Assembly (NCBI GenBank): GCA_010015805.1
Contig: ML978121.1
Span: 2,108,001-2,172,000, forward strand
DNA from: Rhizodiscina lignyota
Lineage: Eukaryota
DNA: 64,000 nt
Direction: 5' to 3'
In this document: positions 35,418 to 48,407 of the stretch, one piece after another
Numbering within the stretch: the stretch's first letter is position 1
Layout: every line of letters starts with the position of its first letter
The notes under the pieces: generated by a model
Database searches by the model: none
What the model was told of the DNA's origin: nothing
The model's input: only the letters and a program-made list of their open reading frames with translations
Translations under genes and position numbers: made by a program

Positions 35418-36390
35418 TTCGACGACTTTTGAAGGGTCTTCGACCTCGTGGAGTGGCAGTTTTACGGATTTATGCACGATTAATCATGTTCCTAGCTCTT
35501 GACAACGCAGAAGCGAATAAAAGAGTATAGCCTTGCGCTGCCGAAGCCGTACTATACGCGCGTAGAAGGTCTCATAGGCGTTCTGTACGACATCCGAAGT
35601 TCTAAGCGCCCACTATGGCAACTGAAGTTCTTCGCTTCGTTCTAGAGCAAGTTCCGAATATGATGTGTGTGGAGGTTTCGTGAAACGTCGACGAGCCAGT
35701 GATATGGCCGAATAACCACTAGGCCGTGCGCGTCTTCACGCGTCCCCGATTTTTCCCAGTAGGGTGCGTATAATGCCGAGACTGGCCAAGCTGCCTCCTG
35801 CTACGTTCAAACTCGTAACTGGGGAACAATTTCAAATCACCCAAAGCAATCTTCAAACTTCGCAAGATTTTCCAGCAAATCTCTACGTATTAACATGCAT
35901 TAGCTATTGTGTGGTGATCAGAAGAGTTCCAGTCGATTCGACATGATAACTGTAGCCCATTTCCGCTCACCTTCATTAATCACAAGCTAGAAGAATCCTT
36001 CAACAACATCGACGTGCATCTTGCGACTACTTCAGCTTACCGTCGTCGGCCGCTACTACTGAAGTGGCATAATCCTAACTCAACCCAGCCTGTCTTACTA
36101 ACTTGTAGATACGACGTTGCCCAGTCGAAAAGCCCGTACGAAACTCGCACTCCTGCCAGGCAGTAGATGGACCTTTCTCAAGGAAGTGCAGTCCTTCTTT
36201 TCGCTCGTATCAGCACTTTCTTATATTTCTTATTCAATTTGGCCAACCAGAAGCGTCCTTTCGTGTCATATTAGTCTCAGTCTAGTTGTTCATTACCATG
36301 ATCGCTGCTTACTTCATTTTGTCTCCCGTCAGCCTCAGGACATGGGGCCTGAAGAAATTCGTCGATCTCTGGCTTGCTCTTACAGTCAAA

Positions 36391-37423
36391 ATGGCAGTTC
36401 TCGCACCTATGCCTCTTATTTACCCTTTATTAATTGTGCCTATCCTAAATCTAGTTCCGGAGCATCGGCCGCAGGGCGAAGCCACAATAATATTTCGCGA
36501 TGGCGTATGCGTCTGTTCAGAGATTGAGAACTTCTCTCCCTCTCCCTCTTCCTCCGAAAAGAGCATTTTCTGATGACTCTTTCTTTAGTTTTTTCATCGT
36601 GCGTACAATCTCCGTTAAGTGGTATCATGTCTGTCCAACTAACAATGAACAGCCCGAAGACATACACCTACCGCCTCCGCCGATTCGTGATTCAAGTCCC
36701 TCGTCAAGTACTACGGCTGTATCAATAGCGCCCTCCGAACGAGAAACATTCTATTTTGCACCGGTCTTGCATACAGGGCGACTGACCCTCACGCTGTGGA
36801 ATGGCAACGAAGAAAATCTGAAGTTGTTTCTGGGGACTTTCACCAGTCCGCACACGAAAGAGCATGTTGGCGAGCTTCCAGTTAAAACGTTAGAAGATGC
36901 TAAGAGATTGATTGATACGACGACTCTTGGACATAAAGTTCTCAGCGGAAAGAAAGCCCCTGGCGCGGCAATGTATATACTCCGCCTGGGTCGAAATAAC
37001 CCCAATGGCGAAGCCATCGGACACATAGAACTGGTGCAGCGGAACAGTGAGAGACTGCCCGACGTAGGATATGCACTTATTGGCTCGAAGTATGCTAATA
37101 CGGGATATATGACGGAGGCTGCAAAAGAAGTGGTACGTGATTTGTGTGCAAATTGCTACAGCAACAGATTACTAACATCACTGTGCACACTGTAGCTCAG
37201 ATACTGGCGAGACGACTGTGGCATCAGAGACATACAAATCCTGACTGCCGCAAACAGCAGGCCGAGCTACAGGATTCCGGAGAAGCTTGGCTTCTTAAGA
37301 GAAGCGGATCTCGAAGTCGGCAAAGGCAGGAAACTGCGAGTGTATATCACTCCTGGCTCGATACCACCGAAGACAGTTAAAGCGTTCACGTTCTTTGGAG
37401 ATGGGTCGCAATTTTTGGATTAA
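36391..37423 (+). CDS. GNAT acetyltransferase, RimJ/RimL-like
   Basis: LHTGRLTL, AIGHIEL, PDVGYALIGSKYANTGYMTEAA and NSRPSYRIPEKLGF. Introns ~36505-36652 and ~37134-37195. The 5' exon is tentative. Confidence 0.8.
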
Positions 37424-37886
37424 TTTTACGGTCATGGGGCGTTCGGCGAAAGGCACCGGATTATACCACGGGTCGGAATGGAGTTTACCAGCTTTTCAGA
37501 AGCATAATTCCATTTAGCATATTATGTTCGAGATATTTCTAAATATAATGCATGAATTATTCTTCTGATATCTTTTAATTTCCTAGGACTCCGTAGAGTA
37601 CCCTACCATGTATTTCCGAAGACATCGCCCCCACCGCCTCAGCCTCGCAAGCCACATCCTTATGTCCATGGTTTGTCTCTTCTATCTATCGCACGTTTCA
37701 AAAATTATACACTTGTGAATTACGTTTGCGACTTTAAGAGCTTGTTGGATCAGGGAACTCAAGAAGCGTACACTAAAGAGAAAAATTGAACCGATCGATT
37801 GTTCTTGCGTCATCTACATACGCGGTACAGAGTGTTCCTGTCGTAACAGCATATGTCTTTACATACACTCCATTTTGGAAGCAATA

Positions 37887-38530
37887 ATGAGCATGGGAAC
37901 GGATACTCGTCTCGTTTCATTTTACACCCCGAAGATCAAACTTGAGGTCGCCCTTCATCGTCGTGGAAACCTATGGTACATCGTGTACTCACGAGCTTAC
38001 GGCATGGCTGAAGGCTGGAAGCTCTTTGCTGCTCTCAATGATCCCGAACAAGCCGACGTATCAACAGCTAGTACGGAGCGCAATACAAGGTTCTGGCTTC
38101 AAGAGAAATTGGGACCTTGTCCGATACTGCTGGAAGATCTGCTGGCAGCAACTCCACCGATCATTAAGGACCTAGGGATCAAACGAAAAGCTAAGACCAA
38201 GCCGAAGGAGTCTCAAGATGTCGACGTGATTGAAGAGAGCTTAATCGAGGTTCTTCTAAAGGAAGAAGAGCTCTGCCACCGATGTGCGTACTGTGGAGCT
38301 TGGGAATACTCATACGATCATTCAACCCGACATCGTAGAGTAACTGAACCGGGAACTTCGGCACTGTATTGGTGCGGCGTATGTATATCAATGCTTAATT
38401 TTATCATTGTCGACTCATATCTGGCTAGGACTGCACACAACTCCGTTCGATAGTGAACAGGAACTCATGGTGGTGGAGGAATCCGCAACGCTTGGGCGAT
38501 TATCCATATTTCTATTACAAGTTGCCGTGA
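37887..38530 (+). CDS. Hypothetical protein with C-terminal CxxC...CxxC zinc-ribbon-like motif
   Basis: ORF with CHRCAYCGAWE. Intron 38379-38428 (GTATGT..TAG) completes YWCGDC. TGA at 38528. Confidence 0.6.
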
Positions 38531-38721
38531 CTAGTATTCCGAATCAAGGAAAGCAGAGATCCGGTATTTTTATAATCGCGCGATACCTTTAGGTTTTAGT
38601 TAGTAAAAAGGAAATTATGAAGAGACGAAAAGTGACAACGCCAAGAAAATCCTCAGTCGGACTTTTTGTCCTCGCATTGAACTTCTGCGACTTCTCCCTC
38701 CGCCACGCCCCATGGACAACA

Positions 38722-39784
38722 ATGCCCCATGATGATAATGTCAATAACGACAAGAATGCCTCTAGCTCCACGTTGAGCGCGTCAAAATCTCAAGGGAGTC
38801 GGCATTCCTTCTTCTCAGTACCGGCGTCGGTGAAACGCATCTTCGACAAAGTCCCTCTCGTCACGTATGCCGAGAACAAACTTCCACTTCGCGCGCCACG
38901 CGTAGGAAGTGAGCATTTATTGTGGATTTTTACGAGCGAAGATGGCGCGGAAACTGGACGGCCCTCGTTCAATCCGAGCTGTCTCAAATGGCAGGTACGT
39001 AGTTTCGGATGCGTTAGTGATAGGTGTCAATAGCTTGCTAACAGAACTCCCTCCCTGCATAGACCTACTTGAAGATTTGTGCTGTACAGTTCCGGACTAT
39101 ACCGTCAAACAATCACGCTTCCCCCAGTGGATCACTCCCATTCCTTATGCCCAAAGAGCGCTACCAGTCCCCTTCTGAGGCCGGAACGGTTATACCAGCA
39201 AATAAGCTTCAGAAATGGGTTAAGGAGAACGGTCAGCGTCCGGAAGAGTCACCGGATGCGCGCCTCGAAGCATATCTCTCACTCGTAGATCACAGCATAC
39301 GAAGGGCATGGGTATGATCAAGTTCATATTGACAACACGAAGTGATAAGCATCGTCATGGCTAACGTATCATTCTTCGATAGCTGCACTCACTCTACTCT
39401 ACTCCAAACTTTGAGAGAATCGTCGTCCCAAACTATATCCATCCAATCTCTACTTCAAACCTGATACAACTTGCGACTGCGTACGAACTGCAGACAGCCG
39501 CGGAGACCGAACTGCGGAAGTTCTCCGCAATCGTAGATGTAGACAAGTTGTACGGCGACGCAGAGCAAGCCTTCGAAGCTCTCGAAAGTCTCCTTGCCGA
39601 TGGCGATTGGTTCTTCGGCACGAGCAGGCCCAGCCTATTTGATGCTGCAGTCTTCTCATATACACATCTGCTTTTAGACGAAGAGGTCGAACATAAGTGG
39701 GCAGACCGCCGGTTACACAGTCTAACGGCTACTCGTTCACGGCTTGTTGCACACCGGAACCGAATCTTGAATATGTATTACTAG
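38722..39784 (+). CDS. SAM35: Mitochondrial outer-membrane SAM complex subunit Sam35 (metaxin/GST-like)
   Basis: FSVPASVKRIFDKVPLVTY, RPSFNPSCLKWQTYLK, NHASPSGSLPFL and WFFGTSRPSLFDAAVFSYTHLL. Introns ~38995-39062 and ~39312-39382. Confidence 0.88.
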
Positions 39785-40224
39785 GATACCCAGAATTCAG
39801 AAAGTTGAACAACTTCGTACGGGCCGAACGGAAAGCATCGGCTTGCAGATATTACATGGAGAATGCGTCAAAGGAAATACACGTATCTCTACCTTGATTC
39901 GCTGCGAACTGATAGAGGAGCTGCAAAATCTGGATGTGGCTGCACGCCGTCGATCTGCCGCGCGGTTCTAAGCAATCAGGGCCCGTGTTGGTGACTCATT
40001 TCATGCACGACATTTCCGACCATCGTAAAGTTTTACAACGGCATCTGACTCTCATGTAAAGGCTGCTGAGATTTACATCTCACTTTATCCTCTGTTTCAA
40101 TCAATTCCTCACAGGCTCCAAGTTTAGTAGCTTAATCTTACTCTGTTCAAGAAGTTTCTACTATTCATCTCTCCTTCCCTCGTCATTCCTCATTCGCCGA
40201 TACAGCAATTCCTAAGTATCAATC

Positions 40225-41280
40225 ATGACGCAGCCGTCACTTAATTCCACCTTTGATGCCAGCCTTGTTGATCTCCGAGAGACGAACCCTGCGGATAATA
40301 CTGGGGATTCGTTCTCTACTGCATCCTCTACAGTACCCTCAGATGGTGGAAATCAATTACCCAATCTGGCTCAAGCGGAATATCGACCAGGAGCAGCACC
40401 AGCCTCGTCGACGCTGGGAGTGACAAACGCACGTGGGATGCCAGTCCACTATGTCCCGACAGTAACAGCCTACGACGCTTGGAGCTCAGTGTATGACGGT
40501 GATGGAAACATCTTACAGGCTGTGGACGATATCGAACTCGCGACGTTGCTTCCAGCATTCCTTTCACTAGCTTTCCAAGACTCTCAGGAAACACCTATTC
40601 GCATCGTGGACTTCGGCTGTGGGACAGGTCGTAACACAGTAAAGTTACTCAGTCAAGGCATTGGGTCCCGGCAATTGCATGTGCGAGGCTACGATGCAAG
40701 CAAGGGGATGTTAGATGTTGCGCGACAGAAACTGGCTTTACGACTCGAAGAAGCAAGGGCTCATGGCGGGAGTACAGACCAACTGAGCTTCGACCTTGTA
40801 CAGCACGACTTCCTCGACCCCGTAGACCCATTTGCTGCACCAGTGCTGCCTCCGGGCTTCGATACCACAACAGAAGCAGTCTCAGCAGTTATATCCACGT
40901 TGGTACTCGAACACCTCCCACTTCGACCTTACTTCGCCGTCATCCGAACGTTGCTTAAGCCGAATGGCTTGGCTCTGGTGACGAATATGCACCGTGACAT
41001 GGGACTAGTGTCTCAAGCTGGCTTCGAGCGGGTCGATGAGAACGGAGTGACAGTCAAAGTGCGTGGGTGCAGCTGGGCGCATGGGGTACAAGAGACTGTA
41101 GAGGCAGCAAGGGAAGAGGGACTTGAGGTTGTTGACGTGGATGAGGGAGGTGTCAAATTAAGCGTGAGGGAAAGGACAGTGGAGAACGATATGATTGAGA
41201 AGGGCTTGGTTTCAGAGAGAGGAAGGAAATGGATTGGTAAGCATGTTTGGTATGGGGTAGTGTTAAGAAGAGTGAGGTAG
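40225..41280 (+). CDS. Class I SAM-dependent methyltransferase
   Basis: AYDAWSSVYD, IVDFGCGTGRNT, GYDASKGML, ISTLVLEHL and LLKPNGLALVTNMH motifs. Confidence 0.9.
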   Translation: MTQPSLNSTFDASLVDLRETNPADNTGDSFSTASSTVPSDGGNQLPNLAQAEYRPGAAPASSTLGVTNARGMPVHYVPTVTAYDAWSSVYDGDGNILQAVDDIELATLLPAFLSLAFQDSQETPIRIVDFGCGTGRNTVKLLSQGIGSRQLHVRGYDASKGMLDVARQKLALRLEEARAHGGSTDQLSFDLVQHDFLDPVDPFAAPVLPPGFDTTTEAVSAVISTLVLEHLPLRPYFAVIRTLLKPNGLALVTNMHRDMGLVSQAGFERVDENGVTVKVRGCSWAHGVQETVEAAREEGLEVVDVDEGGVKLSVRERTVENDMIEKGLVSERGRKWIGKHVWYGVVLRRVR

Positions 41281-41423
41281 CTGGATCACCAAGCTCCAAA
41301 GAAGGTTAGGGATACCGGCGAAAGAGCATTGTGGACGATTTGGGGAAAAGCATTTTCGATAAATGCATATTGGAAACAGCAATAAGCGGAACGAGTTCTG
41401 AAGGGAACAGAATTACCTTCGCA

Positions 41424-42138
41424 TTATGGTACTATTAGATCGTTCATCGTCAATTTGCTCACTCTTGATGAATCCTTCGAAGTCCCACTTTCTCCTTGTG
41501 ATGCTCGGAGACGTGCGGCTTTGATATTACGCTGGTCTGTTTCTGATTTACTTTCATGCTCTTTCTTTTCGTACCTGCCTGGACCGACATCGCATGCCAG
41601 TTCAAACGATGCGTTCTGCTCAAATAGACTTGTCACCTCCCAGGATCAACTGATACTCATTTCTAAGCTTGTTCGGCCACGGTGGGTTTTGCGACAAGAT
41701 GGCAGGTCTCCTCACTGATCGTAGCCGCCCACGATGCCACAAGTCATCTAAGGTAGTGCGGAGGTTCAGGTTCTCTTCGCGGAGCTTATTGTTCTCAGCG
41801 ACGGCCTCGTCAAGATCTGCCACCATAGCGTTCCAACGCGTCTGAGCTTCGACGGCAGCCTCACACTCTGCTCCGGAGGCCCTGCGGTCGCCGTGTTTGT
41901 ATGCGCACTTCCAGTACGTGTACTGAACTGGCAGGGTTGGAGAGGTGGGAGGTGAATCGATGGGGTTAGGTGCTGGCGCACGCCTAATGGAGAGCATACG
42001 CCGAACAGAAGGCTTCGGGAGTATCTCGCGCAGGGTCTTATTCTCCGTCAGAACTCTGTCATTTTGACGACGAATATATTCGAGCACTGGCTTCACACCA
42101 GTTTGCTCCGATGAGCTGTGCAGAGATGAGCCACACAT
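41424..42138 (-). CDS. Hypothetical coiled-coil protein
   Basis: ATG ORF with heptad segments (LTENKTLRE, LDEAVAENNKLREENLNL). A probable GTGAGG donor near 41714 would join it to the 41424-41636 ORF. Confidence 0.5.
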
Positions 42139-42610
42139 GTCGATGTCGCTAAGTCCGGTCGGAGTTGATGATATGCAAACCTGCGATGGGTTTATTGAAC
42201 CTTGGGTTGGTACTTAGTAGAGCCTTTAAATGGAAATATTTGGTAGATAATAGAAACTGATTAAAAAGATTTCGCGCCTCTGAAAGACAAAGAAATACCG
42301 CAAACGTGTAGTGACAAAGCTGTGGTGAAGCGGCGTTCATTGTTTCCACGTCATGGCGAAACAATGTCCATGTCAAAAGGCAAACAATATTACAACAATT
42401 CCATCTCCACTGCATACTCCGAAATTAATGGGAGAGGACCAAATGCTCTAACACAGCCGAACAACGAGCTCAGTTGTCCAGAGCGAGAAAGTGCACGAGG
42501 AGGGAGCGAACTCAAACGAAACGATTTTTTGGAGGTTTCTCTAGAGAAGGAAGGAAACCTATGTCCTTAAAAGCATCTTGTGGCATAAGCACCGATATCT
42601 ACAAACCAGT

Positions 42611-43597
42611 TTACCATGGTAAGTTGCCGCCGTCATAGTTGAAAAACTTTCCAGCATCATCAATCGTCGCTTTGGTCAAGACTTTCATGCACCCCTCTGC
42701 TGCCGTAGACTCTGGTATACTCTTGAGGTTCGGTGCATACTTGCTCATCCAGGGTTCAATTTCCGCCCCGATAGCCGTATTCCCAGCCCAGCCTGGCTCA
42801 GAATCAGTACTAAGGCGACAAACGTATGAAGTGATATTGACATACCAGGGTGGATCACAAAGGCAGCAATGCCTTCCATTTTCAGAACAGCAGCCCACTT
42901 GCGCATCATCCTATACAACTAGTGAGCTTGCATGACGTTTGTTAGAGATTGACGTTGCATACATATTCAGAGCAGCTTTGGCGGTAGAGTAAGTATTCGC
43001 GACACCTGGCATTCCAAACGCCATTTCAATTGAGCCAAGGACGCTCGAAATGGCCATAATCCTCTTCTGGGACCCTTTCCGGATCAATGGAAGGAAGGCG
43101 AGGATGACGCGGACGGTCGAAGCCAGTGTGAAGTCAACGTCAGCTGTGAACGCCTTGAGGTCACTGTAACAAAAATGTAGCTGTCAGTTAATAGAATCTC
43201 GGGGAGTTGCTTGGTTGCAAGCTCTGTTGGTGTGAACTCACACCGCCTCAAAAGGAGAGAGCATGTCTGTTGCGACTCCTGCATTCGAGACAAAGTTATC
43301 CAACCCATTTGGAAGCAAGTCTTGTGCCTGCTCTACCGCCGCACGTATGCTTTCTTCTTTGGTAACATCGAGCTGCAGAAGCGAGAGACGATCGTTTCCG
43401 AATTGTGTTGCGAGCTTATGGAGTTCCTCGGCTCCTTGGGCATTGCGCGCCGTCGCTATAACATAGTTCTTTGGGTCTTTGAGCTGCATCTAGTGTTAGA
43501 CGAAAGGGATAATACAGCAATTGTTGATACTCACCAATTCCTTCGTAAAGGCCAGACCGAGACCCCTATTGGCACCAGTGATAAGAAAAGAAGGCAT
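42611..43597 (-). CDS. Short-chain dehydrogenase/reductase (CsgA/C-factor-like)
   Basis: MPSFLITGANRGLGL, LQLDVT, SNAGV, ISSVLGS, YSTAKAALN, PPW/PGW and GKFFNYDGGNLPW across about five exons. Confidence 0.88.
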
Positions 43598-45178
43598 CTT
43601 CGAAGTTTGAGGCTGGAGTGTTGTTGGACTTTCGAAGTTGCAGTCGTAAGATGGTATTGCGATTTTCATTCGACTCGGAACGGAGCCTTATATATTCGAA
43701 AGCTGGAGGCGTTCGGACGAGAGAGGCTCTTCAAATTCATGACGGTCGAATTCGTACGTCTCGCTCGAGAAGGATCTCAGTTGAGGACAGGTAACAGTGG
43801 CTTGCGTGCCCCTTTGCTCATGTAAACAAGCTTGATTAGTCCTGGAAGCAACTTTTTAATTGCATTGATGAATAAGATGTTATGAAGAGTAGGAGACTCC
43901 ACGAAACCACCTCGGCGGGCGTGCTAGTGCTGCACCAAGGCCGAGTCCGAGAAGACTTTTCTCCAATATGGCAGTATGCGCGCCAATATCAAGTACATAG
44001 ACCCATGGAATACTAGAATTGTCCAATCAAACGTTAAATAACCGACCCATCAATATCTTGAAGCGGATGCACTATCATGGGAGGGCACTTCACAATTACT
44101 CATCAGAGAGCTGAAGGCGATGGAAGAAATTTGAAAGGAAACATAAGTGAAAGCCGATATCAAAAACAAGAGTATCATAAATCGCCACAAGTACTTGCGA
44201 AGCCCCGAAGCCGATTTGAGATTGGTTCGGACAGTCTTGAAGTGCTTAATCTTGATTAGTAGGTTGTCGTCAGCGTCTCAAAGCGCCATATCGTCCAGTA
44301 CGTATGGTCAGGTCGTTTCAATCTAGCTAAAGCAGCACTGAATAAGAGATATGTCAGCTGGTCCAAGTTCGAGATGACTACACCAGTCAAATCCAATGTC
44401 GAATGGAGAAGATAGGTGGAGGTCGACGGCGAATAAGCGGTCTTCGGGGTCTAACGATATAGAGTAAGTCTCCACCGGTTATATAAATGTCGCCGAACTA
44501 GGCATATGGTCTTCTGATTTCTATTCTTAACCCAACCCAAGTTTAAGAAGCATCGGAAATATTAAAAATGTTGAGAGAGTAGATATTGGTGACGTAGGCT
44601 CTGTGGCCACCATTTCCTCGGAAATTGAAATAGAGGATATAATTGAATATCCGACGTTCCTTCCAGGACTGTGGCGGATGGCGTTCGAGACTAACCACGT
44701 TGGGAAGGGAACATGTACACTTTCGCGTCTCAAGGGCAGCTGCGTCATAAGAAGCTCTCGAAGAAACACATCTTCCAATGAGGGTCAATCCAGAATGCCA
44801 TTTGCACTGCTCTCTTCTCACTCTTGAATCCCCTCGCGCTGCTGTAAATGGCTCCCAGTACCGAGGTGCGTGAAGCGGAAGGTAATTGTAGCAGGAGGGG
44901 AAGTCCGGGTAACCACACTCCGGGGGTGATGAAGCCAGGAGTATGAGGTATGCGATTGAGGATCTTTATTCAATTTCTAAAAGTATCTTGTAGCTCTCTT
45001 CCACCATCTCTAAACTCAAAGCTTCCACGGCACCTATTGTGCCGCAAAAAGATCGATCACCCGTGCCGACGGTGTCTTTCTTCGGGCTCTTCATTCTCAA
45101 AGCATAACATGTAAATCTTGTCAAACTTTTGCGTATATTGTATATTTTAGAGCATAATATTCCTTAGCAGTAGCAGAC

Positions 45179-46282
45179 ATGGCAAATATGAACGATATCT
45201 CCTTCATCGGTGCGTGTGCAGTAAATCACCTATCCTTCTATTCGCTGACTGCAACCAGGTATTGGAAACATGGGCTGGGGAATGGCCCTTAATGTCCGAA
45301 GGAAGATGCCCAAAAATGCTACTCTTTTCATCCATGACATCAACCTGGATGCGTGTGAGCGCTTCAAGAAAGTTGCCGCTGAGGAGGTGAAAAGCGGATC
45401 GGTAGAAATCGTCAAGACATCAAAAGAGGCAGCGGAAAGCGCCAACACCGTCATCTCGATCGTTCCGGCATCAAAACATGTCAAGGCAGTATATCTTACC
45501 CCAGGAAGCGGCGTTATTGCTGCATCTCCAAGCGACAAGCGCTTAATTCTGGAATGCAGCACTATTGATTCGGAAACGACCAGAGAGGTTGGAAAAGCTT
45601 TGATGGATGCTGGTATAGGCACATATGTCGACACGCCTGTATCGGTATGTCTCAACTCCATTTCTCCAAAAATATACTCACAGAAGTAGGGCGGCACTGG
45701 AGGTGCGGCTGCAGGGATACTGGCATTCATGCTGGGTTGTTTCGAGACAGATTCATTCGCGACTCGTGTGAAAGACAACGTAGCTATGATGGGCGACCCC
45801 AAGAAGACCTTCTGTTGTGGCAAACTTGGAACTGGCCTGGCCGCAAAGATCAGCAACAACTACTTGTCTGGATGTTTTAATCTCGCAATCGCTCAGAGCA
45901 TGGCTATTGGGATTCGGCAAGGAGTTGATCCAAAGGTGCTGCATGAGGTCATTAAGGCTTCAAGCGGTATGAGCTGGATGGGGACGAATAAGCAGCCTGT
46001 TCCAGGGATTGATCCTAAGTTTCCAAGCAGCAACGACTACAAGCCGGGCTTCAGAGTTGAGTTGATGATTAAAGATCTGACACTGGGTTCAAACTCTGGT
46101 AAGGCGGTAGGCATAAACCCAACCATGGCAGATACTGCGTTAGAAACGTATCACAAAGCGAATGAGGATGATCGCTGCAGGGTGAGTGATCCATTTTGGT
46201 TCTGTAGAGTCTTTGTCTGACTTATGTTTGCCAGGACCGAGACCTGACCTCTGTGTATTTGTACGTCAATGATGTTAAATGA
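45179..46282 (+). CDS. Beta-hydroxyacid dehydrogenase (3-hydroxyisobutyrate dehydrogenase-like)
   Basis: FIGIGNMGWGMA (spliced), ECSTID, DTPVSGG, GLAAKISNNY and YKPGFRVELMIKDL. Three introns. Confidence 0.9.
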
Positions 46283-46543
46283 CTCTAAATAAGACTCCAT
46301 TTCACCTCACTTCGGCAAATGAGCTTTGTTCACTCAATAAGTGAACTGGAGCTATGATCTTCAACTGCCCGTTTCTCTCAAATGCAATTGCAGTTGGAGA
46401 TTTACGCGTTCAGACTTGAAATGTGCAACTCACAACGATGTTGATATTGCCGTGTACGTCTCCTGTGATTTGAGGAAGGTATCCTGGCGTCGACCTACCA
46501 ATCCCGCAACCAATCTTCAAAGGAGATTTTGAGAGCGACAAAC

Positions 46544-47891
46544 TCAGGCAGTGGCTTCAAGTTGGTCGATTATATCCTGATCTTGAACTGGCTTGTAAAG
46601 CCACGACATATCGTTCCCTTTGTCATCATCGGCTATTTTACCTTCCCGGACGAGCCTGTCTCTTTCATCCTGAGGTAAACGATTCACATTCGCAACGTTT
46701 GTTGCCCAGTCGAAAATGCGATCGATGCGTTCCTGTCGCATCTTCTGCCAGGAGCCCAATGCAACAAGCCGCTTGGCAATACCCTCCGGGGTCGAGGTTG
46801 AGAATGGATGCAATTTCAGCAGGAGAGATAGGGAATACACGTCCTCGAGTGCCTGGTTGACACCTTGAGCCGAGCTTGGGGGGAGCGCATGTGCGGCGTC
46901 GCCAACGATGACAATTCGACCTGTGCGCGAAGACCAGCGCTCCAACGCCGGCACTCTCATGAATGGCCACATGAATAGCGACTGTTTGTTGGCGCATACA
47001 GCGTCGATGACCTTTTTACCTGTAGCAGTCCATTCGTCGTATCCTTTTCGATAGAACTCACACAGCTTGTCCTTGTCTGCAGACTCTGCTTCCCATTCCG
47101 TGCGTGTCTGAAGTGGCCGTTTGGTCTGTAATCCCACCATGATCTCAGAGCCATCAGCAACCTCTGGGATCCAAAACAGTGCGCCGGGTTGTCCTTGGAT
47201 AGTGCATGCTCTTTCGTAGTCTGGGTATGGCCAGTCAACAGCAGACCACTGGATGTGTGCTAGAACACCGACTACGCCAGTGTAATCTGGGAGTGCCCCT
47301 GGTTGCAGATATTGACGGATGGTAGAATGTATGCCGTCAGCCCCGACAAGGAGTGATGCGTTTTCATGCTTGCCATTTATAGTGAAAGTGACGCCGGACT
47401 CCAGATCTTCACTAACTACCCCTCCAAATCTGGCATTGTATTGGACAGAGATATTACGCTCGTCTAGCATGGCCCTCATCTCCTGTAATAGGACCCGGCG
47501 GTACAAGCGATGATTCTTGTATCCATAGAGCTGTTCGTTAGCAATAAGCGTCTTGCGAGTTGTCTCATCCCTGTCGTTCTTGGTAGTGCGGAACTCTGAT
47601 TGCCAACAGATTGATTTGATGCGGTCGAATACGCCCAGTTCATTGAGAATATGAAGCCCATTTGGAGTGAGTACGACGCCACTTGCGATCTCTGGGGCAT
47701 CTGGCATCCGTGTCTCATATATGCGACATGGGATGGAGTTCCGATTCAGCGCCAGCGCGAGGGCAGAACCCTAAACACTCATCGTATTAACGAACGTCGC
47801 ATTCGCAAGCAAGTTATATTTCATAACGTACTCCAAGGCCGGCACCTATGATAGCCACATGGTCCGGTGGCCTTTCATCTAAGGAGCCCAT
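46544..47891 (-). CDS. FAD-dependent monooxygenase (group A aromatic hydroxylase, salicylate hydroxylase-like)
   Basis: VAIIGAGLGG (spliced), LLVGADGIHS and IVGDAAHALPPSSAQGVNQALED fingerprints. Confidence 0.92.
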
Positions 47892-48407
47892 CTCGACCCG
47901 ATGACTACTCAATGAAGGATGCCCATTTCATGGAGCAAAGGGTCTGCATCAGTTATAAGACATATTCAACTGCAACCAATTGTCGATGCGCACTATATCG
48001 TACTTTGGAGCTCATACGAACCAAGAAAAGGTGTACTTAGAAGTTGTCAGCTTGACGCTCGAGAAACGCGATTGATTTGATATCACGTCGGGCCGAGGCA
48101 ATCCTCAGGCCAATCGCGTCCGCAAATCATTGCAACCCTTGGAACGCCTCCAAATTCAATGCGTCCATAATTGATTGAGAGATTGTCGAAGCACGGCGAG
48201 GTAGTGAGAAGAGAGGGAAGTCCCGGGTCAAAAAGATATCGAAATATATACGGACCATTGTGGTCTGGTGTATCAATGGTTTTTATATGTTCATTATTTA
48301 TTAACACGCTCTGTTCGAAATGTAGACATCTGCACACGAGGCAAATAACGACGCGCAATGTAGCGCTTGTTCGTCCCTATTCGCCCTCGCTCGAGGTAGC
48401 CCACCAT

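Noticed and set aside
43211..43825. 204-aa plus-strand ORF and other long antisense ORFs (e.g. 45230-45859, 60692-61126)
   Set aside because: Shadow ORFs opposite well-supported genes
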